Assembly: GCA_000002435.2 (NCBI GenBank)
Contig: CM018793.1
Source of the DNA: Giardia intestinalis
Taxonomy: Eukaryota
Strand: one strand, 5' to 3'
Length of the DNA: 64,000 bases
The notes under the pieces were generated by a model, which saw nothing but the letters and a program-made list of their open reading frames with translations, did not search any database and was not told the origin of the DNA. A program made the position numbers and the translations under genes. Within the stretch, counting starts at the first letter, position 1; every line of letters starts with the position of its first letter. Positions 1-8,675 of the stretch are shown in pieces.

Positions 1-1269
1 GATGAGCTGCTTGGACTTCCCTCGGAGCCGCTCCTTCTCCTGGGAGGACCTCTGCAGCGCCTCCGCGGTGCTCTTGGAGACGTCTATCAACGACGACCGG
101 AGCTCCGGGTACACCTTCAAGAGCTCCTCCCGCGTCAGCGAGTCGAAGGAGCGGCCCTTTCCGAGGATCTGCATGGCAGCATCTACGGTGGTGCTGGCCA
201 GAGAGGGCTGCCTGGAGTTCCCCGTGTTGCTGGGGTCTTCTGAAAGGTTTATCCCGCCAGCAAACTGTGGGGCGTCTGGGTCCCTTTCGTAGGCCAGCGC
301 GTAAATGCTAACATTGCCAGATGCGTGGCCTATGTAGAGCCGGGACCGTGCTTCGTGCCAGAACAGACACGTCCCAGGGGACTGGAGCCGGAAGGGATCG
401 GAGATGGCCATGTTTCCGGTGAGCGAAAAGACGATGAAGAGGGGCTCTCGCGTGCAAAGGACGATAAGCGGGAGAGGGGACATCCTGACAGAACACGTTA
501 TGGTGCTGGAGCTCGTTATCCGCTTGTTCTGCATGTCCTGGAGAATTGCTCGGCGGCTCGTGGGGGCGGCATCAGGCACGGCAGACAGGAGCGACTGCTC
601 TCTGACTGCATTTGCGTCTATGCCCATGGACTCGAGCCGCTTGTAGGCCTTCGCTTCAAGTCTTTCCTGCGCCCGCTGGTCCAACTGCACTTTGAAGAGC
701 TCCTCCGGGTTCCCCGCCAAGACAGAGGCCTTGGGCTCGAAGATGAGGCGCGGATACATAAACTGGGAATCCGCCATGTAAACACCAAGGTCTGTGACAA
801 GATAGTAGGCGTCCCCTATGATATACATGTTGAGGATGATGGACCCCTTCACGTCTGTGAGCTCGGCGTTATTTGGTATAGCCGACTCCACGGAGACTAA
901 AGACGTCTTCCCAGAAACACCTGTCGCTGTTCGCATCAGTGACTGGAAAATGCTCTTATCTGTGAAGTCCTTATGCTGTTCGACATCCAAGTGGGCGCTC
1001 GAGACCTCGGAATAAAACCCGATAAAGTCGTACCACGTAACGAAACCGTCAAGATCCGTGTCTAGCTCCTCGAAAAGATCTATCAGCGCCTTGGAGATCC
1101 CTTCGAGCGAGACCTGATTGCCTGTGTAGGAGCGCGGCACAAAAGTCTGAATGGTTCTGGAGAGAAAGTCGAGCGTCACCTTGCGCCCATAGAAGAGCTT
1201 GCGAATGGTCTCCAGGTCTGCGGGATCGATTAGCTTGACGAGGTCAAGGGCCGTCTCGACAAGTGCCAT
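1..1269 (-). CDS. Hypothetical protein, N-terminal 423 aa (gene runs off the 5' window edge); EF-hand-like loop DTDLDGFVTWYD; coiled-coil toward the window edge
   Basis: Manual reverse-complement translation from ATG at 1269..1267 is stop-free to position 1. The track omits it because there is no stop in the window. The plus-strand ORFs 2..292, 325..900 and 404..646 are its antisense shadows. Confidence 0.7.
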   Translation of the reverse strand, partial: MALVETALDLVKLIDPADLETIRKLFYGRKVTLDFLSRTIQTFVPRSYTGNQVSLEGISKALIDLFEELDTDLDGFVTWYDFIGFYSEVSSAHLDVEQHKDFTDKSIFQSLMRTATGVSGKTSLVSVESAIPNNAELTDVKGSIILNMYIIGDAYYLVTDLGVYMADSQFMYPRLIFEPKASVLAGNPEELFKVQLDQRAQERLEAKAYKRLESMGIDANAVREQSLLSAVPDAAPTSRRAILQDMQNKRITSSSTITCSVRMSPLPLIVLCTREPLFIVFSLTGNMAISDPFRLQSPGTCLFWHEARSRLYIGHASGNVSIYALAYERDPDAPQFAGGINLSEDPSNTGNSRQPSLASTTVDAAMQILGKGRSFDSLTREELLKVYPELRSSLIDVSKSTAEALQRSSQEKERLRGKSKQLI

Positions 1270-1643
1270 CGATTATGCACCCGGCTTTGCAAAGGGTTCC
1301 GATTTTGGAATAATTGCACATTTTTCTTCATTGAGCACTGAACCCAGGTCTCAAACGCGGCTTGGTGGGTAGATTGCCGCGCAGACTCGGATACCTGGCA
1401 GGGCTGTGACGTGCGTCTACTGCTAAACCGAGGCTACCATCGTAGTCCTCGATTTTCTTTGTGCAAAACTTTATGAATCATCCGAGCCCTAAATCTACAA
1501 AATAAATTATACGATTGTAAACGTCGGCCCCGCACTGAATGTGAGCTATTTCGCTATTTGTACTACTTTGGATGAATTTTAGAAAATACCTTTTTTCGAC
1601 GTTTACTAACTGTCTTGGCTTTTTATGACCTGGAAAAAATAAT

Positions 1644-2600
1644 ATGCCCTGCTACTGTGAAGATAATGGGGGGATGCCCCCTGACTACATTATTGCGGCT
1701 GCGTTTGGAGAGTGCAAGTATGGGAAGGGTGAAATAACTTCTGTGGTCTTCGGTTGGTTTTCAATCATATGCTGGATTATAGCGACGTATCCACAGATGC
1801 GTATGTCTTTTCTTCTTAAACGGTGTGAGGCTATATCGATTGCTTTCCTGATTCTCTGGTTCATCGGAGATCTTCTAAACCTCATCTCCCTTATCGTTAT
1901 AGACGGACTGCTTACGCAGATCGTTCTCGGAGCCCTTTGGCTTGCCATGGATTTCATCCTGAACGGACAGTACTTTTATTACCAGCACAAGAACAAGGGG
2001 AAGGATCTTCCGGACCAGGACGTCAAGGCGATCACGCGCTACCGCGTCCCAGAGATAGTTATCTACACGGTTCTTTCTGCGGCTGTAGTCACAAGCTTTC
2101 TGTGCTATGCAATCCCTGCTGGTAACTATGTGCGAGTAGCAAGGACGCTGAGCAACCACGACGGCCTTGGAAACTGCAGTGCCGGCTCATCTGTCAAGGC
2201 GTATGACGTTCGCTGGTGGGTAGGATCGGTGATGGCGTACTGTACCATCCCCTTGTATTGCTTCAATCGCGTCCTTCAGGTGATCAAGAATTGCAAGAAG
2301 AAGGAAGTGGACGATCTCAGCATGGGGCTCTTCATCCTGATTATGTGTGCAAATATCTTCCAGTCTATCTCGATCGTAGTTGCAGACCCAACAGCTTCGG
2401 GGTTAAAGTCGCAGGCCCCGTATCTCTTTGGGGCCGTCTTCCCAGTCGTGATGGACGCCCTGATCCTCAGTCAGATCCTTTACTACAATAAAAAGAATAG
2501 CAAGCAGAAGAACGGGGGAAAGCCTGATGCTACTGATCCCCCTAGCTCAGTAGAGATGTCTCCGGCCACCGGTACTCTTTCAATTCCTACCATTCAATAG
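1644..2600 (+). CDS. PQ-loop repeat membrane protein (cystinosin/PQLC-type lysosomal amino-acid transporter family), 7-TM
   Basis: ATG start; multiple hydrophobic helices; PQ motif in first repeat (IIATYPQMRMSF); second repeat around CTIPLYCFNRVLQ; basic C-terminal tail. Confidence 0.6.
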   Translation: MPCYCEDNGGMPPDYIIAAAFGECKYGKGEITSVVFGWFSIICWIIATYPQMRMSFLLKRCEAISIAFLILWFIGDLLNLISLIVIDGLLTQIVLGALWLAMDFILNGQYFYYQHKNKGKDLPDQDVKAITRYRVPEIVIYTVLSAAVVTSFLCYAIPAGNYVRVARTLSNHDGLGNCSAGSSVKAYDVRWWVGSVMAYCTIPLYCFNRVLQVIKNCKKKEVDDLSMGLFILIMCANIFQSISIVVADPTASGLKSQAPYLFGAVFPVVMDALILSQILYYNKKNSKQKNGGKPDATDPPSSVEMSPATGTLSIPTIQ

Positions 2601-2606
2601 AGCGCG

Positions 2607-2623
2607 TGTAAACAGTGTTTACT
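2607..2623. terminator. Shared palindromic poly(A) signal region (GTAAACaGTGTTTAC) serving the two convergent genes either side
   Basis: TGTAAAC follows the PQ-loop stop (2598..2600). On the minus strand AGTAAAC (2623..2617) embeds the Pescadillo TAA stop (2621..2619). This matches the diplomonad AGTRAAY consensus. Confidence 0.6.
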
Positions 2624-4364
2624 GTTCATCCTCGTTGGGCAGCGCAGGGGGTCGGAGATCCACGCCCATGGCCACCTTTGCCTTTTCCAGCTCGATGGTG
2701 TGCCGCAGCTCGTCGCGTCTGCGTTCGAGCTCTTGTCTGCGCCTCGCGATCTCCTCGTTCTCCTTGACCATTCGATCGTAGATGCGGGCCTTCGTTGCAT
2801 TGAGCATCGCCCGGCGCATCCGGGTCTCCTCGGAAAGCCTCTCTGCGTCCAGCGTCCGGGTGTCCTTGCGATAGAAGTCATCTGGGTTGATTTCTGAAGA
2901 CTCTGACTCGCTGGCCTCCTGCTCGTCGCAACCGAGGTTGAGCTCCTCTCTGAGGCTCGTTGCATGGGCCTTCGCTAGTTGCGTTGCCAGGCTGTCGACT
3001 GAGGACACCTTGGCGGCAGCCTCGTCCTTCGCCTCCAAAAGCCCGTGCTCCTGCAGTCCCTTCACCGCAGCGACAGAAAGAGTCGTGATATCGACCATAT
3101 TGTTTTTCTCGCGCACAAGCTGGTCGAGCTCCTTGACCCTGTCCGGCACGTATCCGTCTGCGTCAGCGGAGTCGTCATAAAAGGGAGAGACGTGGGGAGG
3201 CAGCACGGCCCCGGGCGCATACTCAGCGTGCGGAAGCGTGGTCCCCCAGTTGAGCGAGTCAAAGCACCACTGCGGTTGGAGGTACGCACAGCCATCTATT
3301 CGCGCGCCCACGACACCCTCTATGTTATGCGGCGGCCGATCTACTATAATATGCGTGGCCCCGTGAGGGGGACTTGAGTAAGTGAATACGTCTGCCCCGC
3401 CACTAAGAAGCACTAGTTCGAGGGGCTCGCGGGGAACCTCTCGGGAAATGGCGTGCTTCTGCCCAATAAAGGGCTTGACAGATGCCGGATTCAAGTTTCT
3501 AACCCCACCGTTCTTGTCACACGGTTCATCGCAGCCGTTGGGCCCGTAGATAAGAGAAAGGTCGACTTCGCTGGCAGTTGCATGTGCCCGAATATTCCCT
3601 ACGAGTCTGAGAATGTAATCTGCTTCTTCCTGGACAGCAGGGGGGTACTGGTACCCGTTGAGAAGGACGCTGTAGAGACGGTATAGGACGAAGCCAGCAA
3701 AAGTCTGATAGAACTCTACGAAGCTCTTAAGAACCTTGAAATCGACAACGTCTGGGACGTCGAGCTGGAAACGGTGGGGGACGAGCCACGTGACCTTCAC
3801 GCCCTGGACGACCGCTTGGTAGTAGTAACCCTTTGTCGAGACGAAGGCACGGACAAGACACCCTGTGGCTGCGATAAACGCATCCCACTCCCTGCAGAGA
3901 CGCTTGCAGTTGTCGATTATCTTTTGGGGTGCGTGTTCTGAGGACAACCTGGAGAACATGAAGAGGAGGCAAAGGGCGTCGTCGAAGTCGGAAAGAGCGT
4001 CCTTGAAGGTGGGATAGCGTTCCAGCACAACGTGATCCAAACTGATAATCGGCATCTGGGCCTGCAAGAGCTTTGCCTCGAGGACATTTGCTCGGGCCTT
4101 CATCCGCTTGATACGCTTGAGCTGCGCAGCAATCTCGCGAATCTTAGGAATGATGGGATCGTGGAATAAGTGGACGATATCCTTGCGCAGAAAGTATGAC
4201 GTGTCCCCTGCGAACTTCTTCGGAGGCACCTGAGGATAGATGCCCTTTATGATACAGACTCGGCGGAACTCCCCGAGGGTGAGCTGCAGCTTTCGACACG
4301 CCTTGTTGCGCGGCATGAACCGCATCTCCATGCTGTTGGGATCCTTACGCCTAACAAGCGGCAT
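2619..4364 (-). CDS. PES1: Pescadillo homolog (PES1/Nop7), 60S ribosome biogenesis, PeBoW complex
   Basis: N-terminal pescadillo domain (LQLTLGEFRRVCIIKGIYP; DHVVLERYPTFKDALSDFDDAL; GYYYQAVVQGVKVTW). BRCT-like segment (ISREVPREPLELVLLSGGADV). Acidic/coiled-coil C-terminus. ATG confirmed at 4364. Confidence 0.85.
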   Translation of the reverse strand: MPLVRRKDPNSMEMRFMPRNKACRKLQLTLGEFRRVCIIKGIYPQVPPKKFAGDTSYFLRKDIVHLFHDPIIPKIREIAAQLKRIKRMKARANVLEAKLLQAQMPIISLDHVVLERYPTFKDALSDFDDALCLLFMFSRLSSEHAPQKIIDNCKRLCREWDAFIAATGCLVRAFVSTKGYYYQAVVQGVKVTWLVPHRFQLDVPDVVDFKVLKSFVEFYQTFAGFVLYRLYSVLLNGYQYPPAVQEEADYILRLVGNIRAHATASEVDLSLIYGPNGCDEPCDKNGGVRNLNPASVKPFIGQKHAISREVPREPLELVLLSGGADVFTYSSPPHGATHIIVDRPPHNIEGVVGARIDGCAYLQPQWCFDSLNWGTTLPHAEYAPGAVLPPHVSPFYDDSADADGYVPDRVKELDQLVREKNNMVDITTLSVAAVKGLQEHGLLEAKDEAAAKVSSVDSLATQLAKAHATSLREELNLGCDEQEASESESSEINPDDFYRKDTRTLDAERLSEETRMRRAMLNATKARIYDRMVKENEEIARRRQELERRRDELRHTIELEKAKVAMGVDLRPPALPNEDEQ

Positions 4365-4440
4365 GCCCCTCAGACTGCAATTATTTAACCGAAGCCGAAT
4401 CAGTGCGAGTTCGTTTACATTAAAGATGCTCTAAACGGAT

Positions 4441-6159
4441 TCACACACATCTACCATCGCGACAGGCGCCAGTTCCGTAGCAGACCTTCCCATCATCTGT
4501 CAGGCACTCCGGAGAGACGCAGTCGTTCCCGATCAGGGTTCCGTCCCTGCGGCACTCACAGACGTGTGCGTTGCCCTTCTTGACGCATCTTCCGTAGCCG
4601 CTGCAAACGCGCCGCTTCCCGTCCTCGTATTCGGTGACGCACTCATCAGGCATGCAGCCCCAGCTTAGAACGTAGGTCTCTCCGCTCGGGCAGTCGTAAT
4701 CTCCACAAAAATCGCCGTGGAAACCCTTGTTGCACTTGCACTCGCCGTCCTGGCACACTCCGTTCCCATTGCACTCCTTGAAGGCGACGTCGTCGCTTAT
4801 GCAAGTATCGCTCACGCAGGTGGAAGAGTCCAACTGGGTATACCCGAACTTGCACTGGCAGATGTAAGTCACGTCTGCAGGGTCGCTGGACTCCCTGTAG
4901 GCCGTGCACGTCCCATGGTCGCTGCAGACAACAGACTTTCCATCAGGCCCCGTGGAGATGCAGTTGAGAGAGACGCAGCTGCCGTCCTCCATGGCCAAGG
5001 CGTCCTCGCTGCACTTCTGGCAATACGTTCCGCCGTAGAGTGGATTGCAGACGCAGCGCCTCTTGTCCATGTCGCAAGTGCCCTTGTTGGAGCAGAGCTC
5101 AGGGTAGCCGTAGTCAAACGTCGCGCTGATGCAGGAGTTGGGAATGCACTTATTCTCGAAGGCGGTGTACTCTGCATCACACTTGCAGTACGATTGGTTC
5201 ATGAAGACCGTGCACTCTCCATGAGGGCAAACTTCTCCGCCAACAAGACAAACCGCGGGCGTGCACTCAGCGGTGCCAATAAGCACATAACCAGGATCGC
5301 AGACGCAGGACTCAGTCTTGCACGAGCCGTGCTTGGCGCAAACGTGTCCATCCTGTGCAACGCACGTGTCCTTGACACACTGGCCCTCAGAATAGACGTA
5401 GCCATCCTCGCACTCGAAGACCTTGTACTGACAAACGTCTCCGTCATAGCCGTCATCACAGATGCACTTGCGCGTTTCGTCACAGTATCCGTGGCTAGAA
5501 CAAAAGACGTTCGGATTCTCGGCAGACATGCACGTAGCGGGTATACAGAGAAGGTCGACGTTGACTGTCCCAAAGTCACAAAGGCACGCGCTCTCATCAC
5601 CGAGTGGCGGAAGCCCATAGCAGAGCCCGAAGCCACCGCACTCGACAAGTTTGCCGTCGGAGCGCTCCGACAGACACTCGTTGGGGACGCAGCGGCCTTC
5701 ATACTCGGTTGCAATGTCGGAGCATTTCTCGCAGTGCTCTCCGGTTGCCACCTTGTCGCATCGGCAGTGAGGCTGGTCGTTCTCATCATAGACGCAGTCG
5801 CCGTAGTAGCTGCAGACGCTGTAGTCAACCATGCAGAAGGGGTGTATGCAATCGCTTCCAAGATTAATGTAGCCGTCCATGCAGTCACAGGAGTAGAGCT
5901 CTCCCTTCAGGGTGCAGGATCCGTGACGCCCACAGACATATTGTGTGCGTCTATCTGAGCAACCACTAGGGTAGCACCCAAGCTCCGTCAGCAAATAGTC
6001 ATCCTCGCAGTTGCACGTGCCCTCTCTACACGAGCCATGACCGTTGCAGACGGCGTCCTCAAAGACGCAAGTCTCCGGATAACAGGTTCCGTTTACATCC
6101 ACCTCGCCATCAGGGCAGACTATAGCTAAGGAAAAGCAGAGAAAGGCCGCGGCTATCAT
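4441..6159 (-). CDS. Secreted high-cysteine EGF-like repeat protein (tenascin/Notch-like 'high cysteine protein'); signal peptide, no C-terminal TM
   Basis: N-terminal signal peptide MIAAAFLCFSLAIVC. About 14% Cys with repeated CxC/GxC/CxCxxGY EGF-like spacing along 572 aa. Ends CRDGRCV with no hydrophobic anchor. Downstream TGTAAAC on the minus strand. Confidence 0.8.
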   Translation of the reverse strand: MIAAAFLCFSLAIVCPDGEVDVNGTCYPETCVFEDAVCNGHGSCREGTCNCEDDYLLTELGCYPSGCSDRRTQYVCGRHGSCTLKGELYSCDCMDGYINLGSDCIHPFCMVDYSVCSYYGDCVYDENDQPHCRCDKVATGEHCEKCSDIATEYEGRCVPNECLSERSDGKLVECGGFGLCYGLPPLGDESACLCDFGTVNVDLLCIPATCMSAENPNVFCSSHGYCDETRKCICDDGYDGDVCQYKVFECEDGYVYSEGQCVKDTCVAQDGHVCAKHGSCKTESCVCDPGYVLIGTAECTPAVCLVGGEVCPHGECTVFMNQSYCKCDAEYTAFENKCIPNSCISATFDYGYPELCSNKGTCDMDKRRCVCNPLYGGTYCQKCSEDALAMEDGSCVSLNCISTGPDGKSVVCSDHGTCTAYRESSDPADVTYICQCKFGYTQLDSSTCVSDTCISDDVAFKECNGNGVCQDGECKCNKGFHGDFCGDYDCPSGETYVLSWGCMPDECVTEYEDGKRRVCSGYGRCVKKGNAHVCECRRDGTLIGNDCVSPECLTDDGKVCYGTGACRDGRCV

Positions 6160-6370
6160 TTTATATTCAAATTGTTAATTTTTTTAGACTGAGTATAGGG
6201 GCAAGCTCTACTCTCCATACAAATTCACCGGTACTGCGTTAGGAGGACTGGTAGCTTGCCTTCTAAGACGTCTTTTCCAACTCGCAATACCTACTTCAAA
6301 GTGACACCCCTTTGAATGCTTAGTTGTAAAGACACAAAGGGATCAAATTTACGCAGAGCCATCAGTGCGC

Positions 6371-7636
6371 TCATATGAAGAAGCTAACTGAAAATTTCCA
6401 GATTCCGTCGTTGGGACTATAGCTGATAAGCTGTGCGTCTCTCTTCTGGGTCTCGTTCTTTATGATGGCTGTGAACTTCTGCACGCTTGGAAGGTCGTAC
6501 ACTCGTTCTCCTCTGTTGACTGGAAATATGTTGTAGAGGGTGATGATGGCCTCCTTGTTGAGCTTCTCGCCGCGGCGGTGTCTGTCCTTATAGGGAAGGG
6601 TATTGGGATACACGGTGGCGCTCTTGTGTCCAATGTCGACAATTCTATCTATATCTACGTCGGTAAGATCTGTCTCTCCAGGCCACAGAATCTCTCCGTT
6701 TGCCTCCGAGATGACCCGGAAATCTTTGATGGCTTGAAGCTCGTCGATTGACATGGCCTGCAGCTCAGAGATCGAAGGGACGGTGTGATAGTCGGTGCGT
6801 GTAAGGACAGGTTTGTGCGCAGAAGCCAAAGGGTAGTGAATTCCAGGGTTCGCTTCGCTTGCGCTCTCGTCCTCTTCCCGATAGCTTGGTATGTTGCATG
6901 CGGGTACTTCATCTTTGCCTATGCGGATAACTGTTGGATTTGCGAAGGGCGCAAACTGGTGCTGCGCTGACTCAGATGACTCTCTGGAGCCCCGCGGAAG
7001 CAAACCGACGGCTGCAGCTCTGGCTGCTGCTGCGCCAAAGGAGGATGTGCCGGACAGACCGAACCTGTTGTGGGCCTGGTCGTCCAAGAGCCGCAGGCTC
7101 TCCTGGGGGATGCCGGGCCTCCTCGTTGCAGCAGAGAGACGCACGGAGGCAGAGGCGGACGAAGTATTGGTTAAGATCTTCGAAAGGCTGGTTTCCAGTG
7201 CGGACGCTTCTGTCGCCACCGATGCCACTGAGGGCTGCGCCGCTTGGGGCTCCGGGGTGTCTGCCACTTGCCGTTTGATCATGTCCCCAATGAGGCTGAC
7301 TAGCTGCTGCGTGTTTGCACCTTGAGGCGGATGCTGAGCCGAAGCAGCGGTGTTAAAGCCCCCAAAGGTCTGCTGCGGCTGGCTAACTCCCTGGCCGAAA
7401 GCTTGCTGGCCGAAGGGTTGTCCAAGCCCGCCACCGAAGGTGTTCGTATTTGACTGTCCGAACGAAAATCCCGACTGCGGCTTCTGCTGGGTATTGCCGA
7501 GTCCAAACCCTGAGCCAAACCCCACTCCGGGCCCAGAATTGCCCTTGAACGTGCTCAAACTGGAGAATTGGCTCCCCTTATTCATGGACAAGTACAGCTT
7601 CTCAAGAAATGACGTCGCATCTTGTGCTATGTTCAT
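6371..7636 (-). CDS. Nup98/Nup145N-like FG nucleoporin: N-terminal FG/GFG repeats plus C-terminal nucleoporin autopeptidase (Nup98 APD / peptidase S59) domain
   Basis: FG repeats in the first ~100 aa (GFGSGFGLG, GFSFG, TFGGG, PFGQ, AFGQ, TFGGF). C-terminus aligns with the Nup98 autoproteolytic domain (SISELQAMSIDELQAIKDFRVI...; LTDVDIDRIVDI...; ISYSPNDGIWKFS|VSFFI matching TGTWVFRVEHF|S with a short tail). Confidence 0.7.
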   Translation of the reverse strand: MNIAQDATSFLEKLYLSMNKGSQFSSLSTFKGNSGPGVGFGSGFGLGNTQQKPQSGFSFGQSNTNTFGGGLGQPFGQQAFGQGVSQPQQTFGGFNTAASAQHPPQGANTQQLVSLIGDMIKRQVADTPEPQAAQPSVASVATEASALETSLSKILTNTSSASASVRLSAATRRPGIPQESLRLLDDQAHNRFGLSGTSSFGAAAARAAAVGLLPRGSRESSESAQHQFAPFANPTVIRIGKDEVPACNIPSYREEDESASEANPGIHYPLASAHKPVLTRTDYHTVPSISELQAMSIDELQAIKDFRVISEANGEILWPGETDLTDVDIDRIVDIGHKSATVYPNTLPYKDRHRRGEKLNKEAIITLYNIFPVNRGERVYDLPSVQKFTAIIKNETQKRDAQLISYSPNDGIWKFSVSFFI

Positions 7637-7697
7637 TCGAGACAGCAGTAGGGCGAATAGTGGGCGTGGTTGGTTTTTTATTCGGCCAATTTACTAG

Positions 7698-8624
7698 TTA
7701 AGGGTCAAAATCGTTGTGGGAGAAGTACGGGTGCTCGAGAGCGTTCTTCGCGCTAATGCGCTTGACGGGATCCATCTCGAGCATGGCAGTGAGGAGGTCG
7801 AGTCCTTCATCGTCAAGAAGAGCCCCCAAAACTCTCTTGAGAGTCTTCCCCCGGAACTTCGGGAAGCTCTGCTTCCAATCTGGGAGGGCCGTAACCCCAG
7901 GCCACGTTGTGTCGTCGGGGAGCCCGAGTACCTCAAATATCTTGAAAAGCTGGTCAATCTCACTGTCGCCGGGGAAGAGGGGTGTCTTCATCAGCATCTC
8001 GGCCCAGATGCATGCAATGGACCAAATGTCGACAGACGTGCTGTAGTGTCTGCTGCCAAGGAGGATCTCGGGCGGCCTGTACCAGAGTGTGATTATCTCG
8101 TGTGTGAACTGACGAATGGGAATGCCGAACGCTCTCGCCAGGCCAAAGTCCCCTATCTTCAAGACAGGGGTCTCGGACGCATCGCTGACGCTGAGGAGCA
8201 GATTCTGAGGTTTCAGGTCTCGGTGGAGGCAGCGTCTGCTGTGGCAGAAGTTGACTCCATTGATGAGCTGATACAAGAATGACTTGATCACGCGCATGCT
8301 TACATCAGGGTTCTTATCCATGTACTTCTTCAGGTCGTTCTCGGCATACTCGAAGATCAGATGGAGACGGTGATTGTGATGGATAACGGACTTGAGCTCG
8401 ATAATATTGCGGTGCTGGAGCTCCTTAAGGAGAGACACCTCCCGAATTGCAGTCCCTGGAACCCCCTCCTCTTCGTGCTCGAGCCGAATCCTTTTAATCG
8501 CCACGGTCTCATTCGTGACCGTATCAATCGCCTTGTAAACCTCTCCGTACGTGCCCTCCCCGAGCTTCGTAATCCGCCGATAGCGGTCGATTGAGGTAGC
8601 TGACGGGGCTGCAGACACGCTCAT
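7698..8624 (-). CDS. Cyclin-dependent kinase, Cdc2/CDK1-like (PGTAIRE cyclin-binding helix)
   Basis: GEGTYGEVYKA; VAIKRIRLE; EGVPGTAIREVSLLKEL; HRDLKPQNLLL; DFGLARAFGIP; WYRPPEILLG; full 11-subdomain kinase. AGTAAAT follows on the minus strand. Confidence 0.9.
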   Translation of the reverse strand: MSVSAAPSATSIDRYRRITKLGEGTYGEVYKAIDTVTNETVAIKRIRLEHEEEGVPGTAIREVSLLKELQHRNIIELKSVIHHNHRLHLIFEYAENDLKKYMDKNPDVSMRVIKSFLYQLINGVNFCHSRRCLHRDLKPQNLLLSVSDASETPVLKIGDFGLARAFGIPIRQFTHEIITLWYRPPEILLGSRHYSTSVDIWSIACIWAEMLMKTPLFPGDSEIDQLFKIFEVLGLPDDTTWPGVTALPDWKQSFPKFRGKTLKRVLGALLDDEGLDLLTAMLEMDPVKRISAKNALEHPYFSHNDFDP

Positions 8625-8675
8625 GTTTTTGAATTTTTGGAGGCCGGTCTCCAGTTTCCGAGATGTAGATACAAT

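Noticed and set aside
2-900. Plus-strand ORFs 2..292, 325..900 (GTG start) and 404..646
   Set aside because: They overlap the real minus-strand gene 1..1269 (which runs off the window edge and is omitted from the track). They have no motifs and one has a non-ATG start.
4717-5958. 413-aa plus-strand ORF
   Set aside because: Antisense shadow of the secreted high-cysteine protein gene 4441..6159. Ala/Val/Arg-rich low complexity.
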